Assembly (NCBI GenBank): GCA_964016885.1
Contig: OZ024742.1
Coordinates: 278,814,001 to 278,878,000 of the forward strand
Source: Eledone cirrhosa
Taxonomy: Eukaryota
Length of the DNA: 64,000 nucleotides
Direction of reading: 5' to 3'
In this document: positions 59,062-64,000 of the stretch, piece by piece
How the letters are laid out: each line of letters begins with the position of its first letter
Numbering within the stretch: position 1 is the stretch's first letter
Program-made: the position numbers and the translations under genes
The notes under the pieces: generated by a model
Told to the model about the DNA's origin: nothing
Databases searched by the model: none
The model's input: the letters and a program-made list of their open reading frames with translations, nothing else

Positions 59062-59681
59062 GGGAAATGTTTCACCCCGACGGCAGAGCTCAAACCGTTT
59101 CGACGGCTATTTCTGGTCCAGAAATAACCGTCGAAACGGCTTGAACTCTGCTTGAACTTTACCCCCTCTTAATTTCAGTTTATTTTGATCATGCTTTTAT
59201 ATTTAAATTTATTTCCTTCCTTGTATTTTGATCATGCTTTATTTTTATTTTTATCTTTATTTTTTTATTTTTTCATTCGCACCGTTTCCTTTCGCTATAT
59301 GTCTCTCCACCACTCCCCTACACACCCTTTGAACTCTGTTCCCACACACTTCTCACCCGAGGAAGGGCTTATGCCCGTCCCCCACCAACACCCCACTCTC
59401 CAGAGCGTGAAATTAATAAACATTCGTTGTACTGCCTCTCTGTTTTGTCCCTGTTCAAATTTTTCCATTATATATATATATATATATATATAACGAAGGA
59501 AGAGTGGTAAGGAACCAGATGGACCATAACGCACCAGAGTACACAATACTTAGGGTAGTACAGTGGGTAATAGAAATATGTTTGACCCCGACGGCAGAGT
59601 TCAAGCCGTTTCGACGGCTATTTCTGGACCAGAAATAGCCGTCGAAACGGTTTGAGCTCTGCCGTCGGGGTGAAACATTTT

Positions 59682-59733
<52 letters not shown>

Positions 59734-60249
59734 CGCACGCGCGCGTGCGTGTGTATGTGTGTGTGTCTGTGTGTATTTGTGGATAATATAACATTGAATA
59801 TAAAACAGCATATCACTGATTCCTATAAAGTACATTAAACTGCAGAGACTACTTAAAAGAAACACATACTCACATACGCAATTGACTACATGACAGCGTT
59901 TGTGCGTGTGCATGTGTGTGTATGTATATATCTATGTATGTATGCATGTATATATGTATAAAAAACAGCCATCCAATAAAGTTTTTTTTTATGTGGAGTG
60001 AGAGACTCCAAGTCTTTATTAAGACATATCTCTAGGTAAAGGTCACTCTGATTTAAAACCTGCGATTTCGTTTGCATCCAAAGATGTAGACCAGTTCTTT
60101 TGGGGCAAATGCATTCGATATTCCGAGACTGGGACTGGTTCTGTGCAAAGTACCAAACGTATCGCTTGATATGTGACATTTATTGCGATGCATGGCATTG
60201 CTGGCCATGGGCACATCCATAGCAGGACTAAAACGCCACATCCATGATG

Positions 60250-60990
60250 ATCATGCTTAAGTATCAAGCGATGGCATTATTCCAAATCGAGTTGCAGCCA
60301 TCACATATGTATAAAAAAAAAAAAATATCAGCAATTCAATTTCCACACTTAAAAGTCATATGAGGGTACATAAGGATGATATCCCTCAAATACTGCAGAC
60401 ATTTGCTGCATCCCACATTTCCTGCAGACAGTGCACATCTGTAGCTGGACATAAAAGTCACCTAAGAGGCCATGAACTGACGAATGTAGTTAGTGGCGGT
60501 TGATGGGGATGCAATGGGAGCCGTATGTGCATATATGTATGTATGCATGGGAAAGCATAGCTGCTGATTGTAATAAATGGGGAAAGCCTGTACATGAGGG
60601 GAAAGTTGATTTTGAAGTATCTCAAAATGCATACGAGAAAGTAAAATGGTCCTCATTATGCAGTCCTCCTCATACGAGAAAGTAAAAAGGTCCTCCTATG
60701 GACTTGACATGCAGCGTCTGTGCAAGACTTTGACTTAGCAAAGTTGGAGTGAAAAGTTATCTTCGCAGTCATAAAATGAGACCAGTGGTTGACTCCCACG
60801 CTGCTGTCAGAGATGCAACTTATCATACCTGTCAATCAGTGTGGATCAGCAGGAGGGCTCAAACGACATGCAAAGGTACATGAAGACCAACAACAGTGAA
60901 TGATTTTGTCATTATTAATATATATGTTTTTGTTTCGTTTTTTATCGTGCAATGGCCGTACTCGATAACGAGGGGACAGCCATCATGTAT
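60250..60990 (+). mobile_element. Decayed RTE-like LINE 3' end
   Basis: TCSVCARL*LSKVGVKSYLRSH; tail shared with 20662-20700 and 61303-61350. Confidence 0.5.
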
Positions 60991-61524
60991 GTATGTATGT
61001 ACGTTTAAATATGTAAATATGTATATACATGTATGCATGTGTGTGTATATGTGCGGGGACATAGAGATAATTGGGCTGGATACCCGATCGCGCTGTTAAA
61101 CTACTGGGAATGAAAGAGCGCTAGCATTCGCCAGGGCATTCCTCTAGGAGAAGGCAACTCAGGATACTGGGATAACTCCGACATAAAATCTGCAGCTCAG
61201 AGAGTGGGATTGGCTTAGGGCACAGTTTTTCCTCACTTTAAATAAATGTTCACGCACAGGCATTGCACGGCAGCATTAATTAAGTATTATTAATAATGAT
61301 ATATCGTGCAATGGCCATACTCAATAATGAGGGGGCAGCCATCATGTATATATGCATGTATGTTTGAATGTATGTATATATGGGTATCTACTTCAGGAGA
61401 TGAAAAGTGTTTCCTAAGTTATATTCAGTATTTTTTCTCGTGCTATGAAATATAAAATATGGAAGTGGCATTTGAAAATGGTGACAACTAGATTATGTAA
61501 GCATTTTTGAAATGCTTTGATAAA

Positions 61525-61972
61525 CATAATGACAATGAAGATTATGGTTGTGATGATAGTGCTCATAATGATGAGGATGATGAGAATAATGATGATGAGG
61601 AGGATTACTATGATAGTGAGGGGGTGAAAATCATGATAAAGATGATCGCGATGATTATTGCGCTTTATGATGGTAATACCGATGATGGTAATGATAATGT
61701 TGATGGTGATGATAAAGAAAATGATGGAAAATATGATGATGGTGGTGATGATGATGATGATGACGACGAAGACGACGATGACAAATATTCTGGTAATGAT
61801 AACGATGATAATGATGGTGCTAGTGATAGTGGTAGGGATGATGATGATAGTAGTGCTGGTTACGGTGCTGACGATGATGATAATTATGATGATGCCGTTG
61901 ACATTTTCGGTGATATTGGCGTTATTCGTTTGGATGATGTTGATGATGATAATGTTGATGACTATGATGATG
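61525..61972. repeat. Degenerate (GAT)n repeat
   Basis: gatgatgat/aat/ggt run. Confidence 0.9.
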
Positions 61973-62236
61973 AAAAGGAGAAGGAGGGGAAGTTAATGAT
62001 TTGACAATTGTCAAATATTTTTTATTTTGATGTTGCAAAATAGAAATAAAAAAATCAAGACTAAATAAAACTAAGGATTTATATCTATGAAATATTGAAA
62101 TAAGTTAACATAAGGCAGATAAACACGTACATATCTCTACGTTGATATATTAGATATATGACCATACATTTTCTGTGTATATATTATTATATATATATGT
62201 CCGTCTGTATGAGTGTGCGCACACATACATACTCGT

Positions 62237-62464
<228 letters not shown>

Positions 62465-62479
62465 ATATCTATATATATA

Positions 62480-62557
<78 letters not shown>

Positions 62558-62703
62558 CAAATATGTATATAAATATATATATATATATTTACATACATAC
62601 ATATATATTTATATATATACATATATACCTATATATATATATATATATATGTGTATATATATATGTATATAAATATATACACACACACACACACACCCAC
62701 ACA

Positions 62704-62817
<114 letters not shown>

Positions 62818-63004
62818 AACACATATTTTCACACACTGTAACACAACAACCAGAATATCAGGAAAATAAGTAAGAATTAAATATTATGAGTCCGGAAAAA
62901 ATAATTTTCAATTGAAAATTGGAGGTGTAAAAATAGAAAACTATTGAAACACACATACGCACACACATACACACACATTCATACATACATTATGCATACA
63001 CACA

Positions 63005-63044
<40 letters not shown>

Positions 63045-63762
63045 TGTGTGTGTGTTTGTGTGTTTGTGCGTGCGTGCGAGTGTTTGTGTCTGTGTATTGA
63101 AAAAAATGAGTGGAACACCTGAGAACAGTGCCGATATATCATACAATGAAAAAAGACAAAGAAATGAATTAACTTTAATATAATTTGAAATAAATTTGAA
63201 ATTCTGAAAAATAGCAGACATTTTTACCGAAACACCTTGCAAGTAAAATATCGATAGATATTTATCCTTGACAAATATATTTGAGAATATCTGACATTAT
63301 GTACAACAAGAAAACAAAAAGTGCGTTTAGAAGCTTGAATTGTAGAATTTGTTGATGAACAGTTAAGATAATTTACGCTATGTTGTCGTATAACCATTTT
63401 ACGTTTTTGGTTCAAATTTCCCGTAAATCGACTTCTTTTCGAACACCAACTACCGTGAAGATGTGTGTCAATGAAGCATTTTTTTGTAAAAAATTGGTAG
63501 AGCGTAAGTGTAGATTAATGGCGGTGTCTGTTGTGACTCTTCTTAGGTGACCAGGAATATTGTGACATGGTAGGACTAGAGGTACCTATAAAATCACACT
63601 AATCTTTTCCTATATAAAGGAAAGCACAGGGAGATTAAATCTGGTAGTGTCGCAGGGGTGTCAGGCCTTGGTTACTCTAAATCTGGTGGAGCCCATCTCA
63701 CTTCCGGTCTGAATGCAGTCGATGTCTTCCAGTAAACGAGAGGATTAGAGGGAGAAAGGGGC

Positions 63763-63819
<57 letters not shown>

Positions 63820-63832
63820 GAGGGAGGGAGGG

Positions 63833-63943
<111 letters not shown>

Positions 63944-64000
63944 GTAATTGAAGCCAGTACTGCATAAGAACTTTATTTTTCGAACGCGAATGGATAAAAG

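Overview
AT-rich, microsatellite-dense eukaryotic DNA. The repeat content ((TA)n, (CA)n, (ATCT)n, a tRNA-derived SINE) suggests an octopus/cephalopod genome (inference). I found no supportable host gene, and most ORFs in the track are microsatellite read-through. Recognisable decayed transposons: a near full-length Tx1/L1-like LINE ORF2 (10455-13817) plus a second 3' fragment, a Helitron Rep-helicase (23947-28192) with other Helitron remnants, two mariner relics, RTE-like fragments, a Penelope-like RT fragment (51793-52547) and about ten SINE copies. The main unexplained signal is a swarm of at least 9 non-coding 0.3-0.5 kb repeat families. They sit in (TA)n tracts as tandem and fold-back arrays, and each carries a type I hammerhead ribozyme motif (stem I-CUGANGA-stem II-GAAA-palindromic stem III-UH-stem I'), often followed by AATAAA. 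Copies show compensatory base changes. At least five motifs use a U3-A8 core (UUGANAA). This looks like a Penelope pseudo-LTR/retrozyme-like system. All calls were made by eye and boundaries are approximate.
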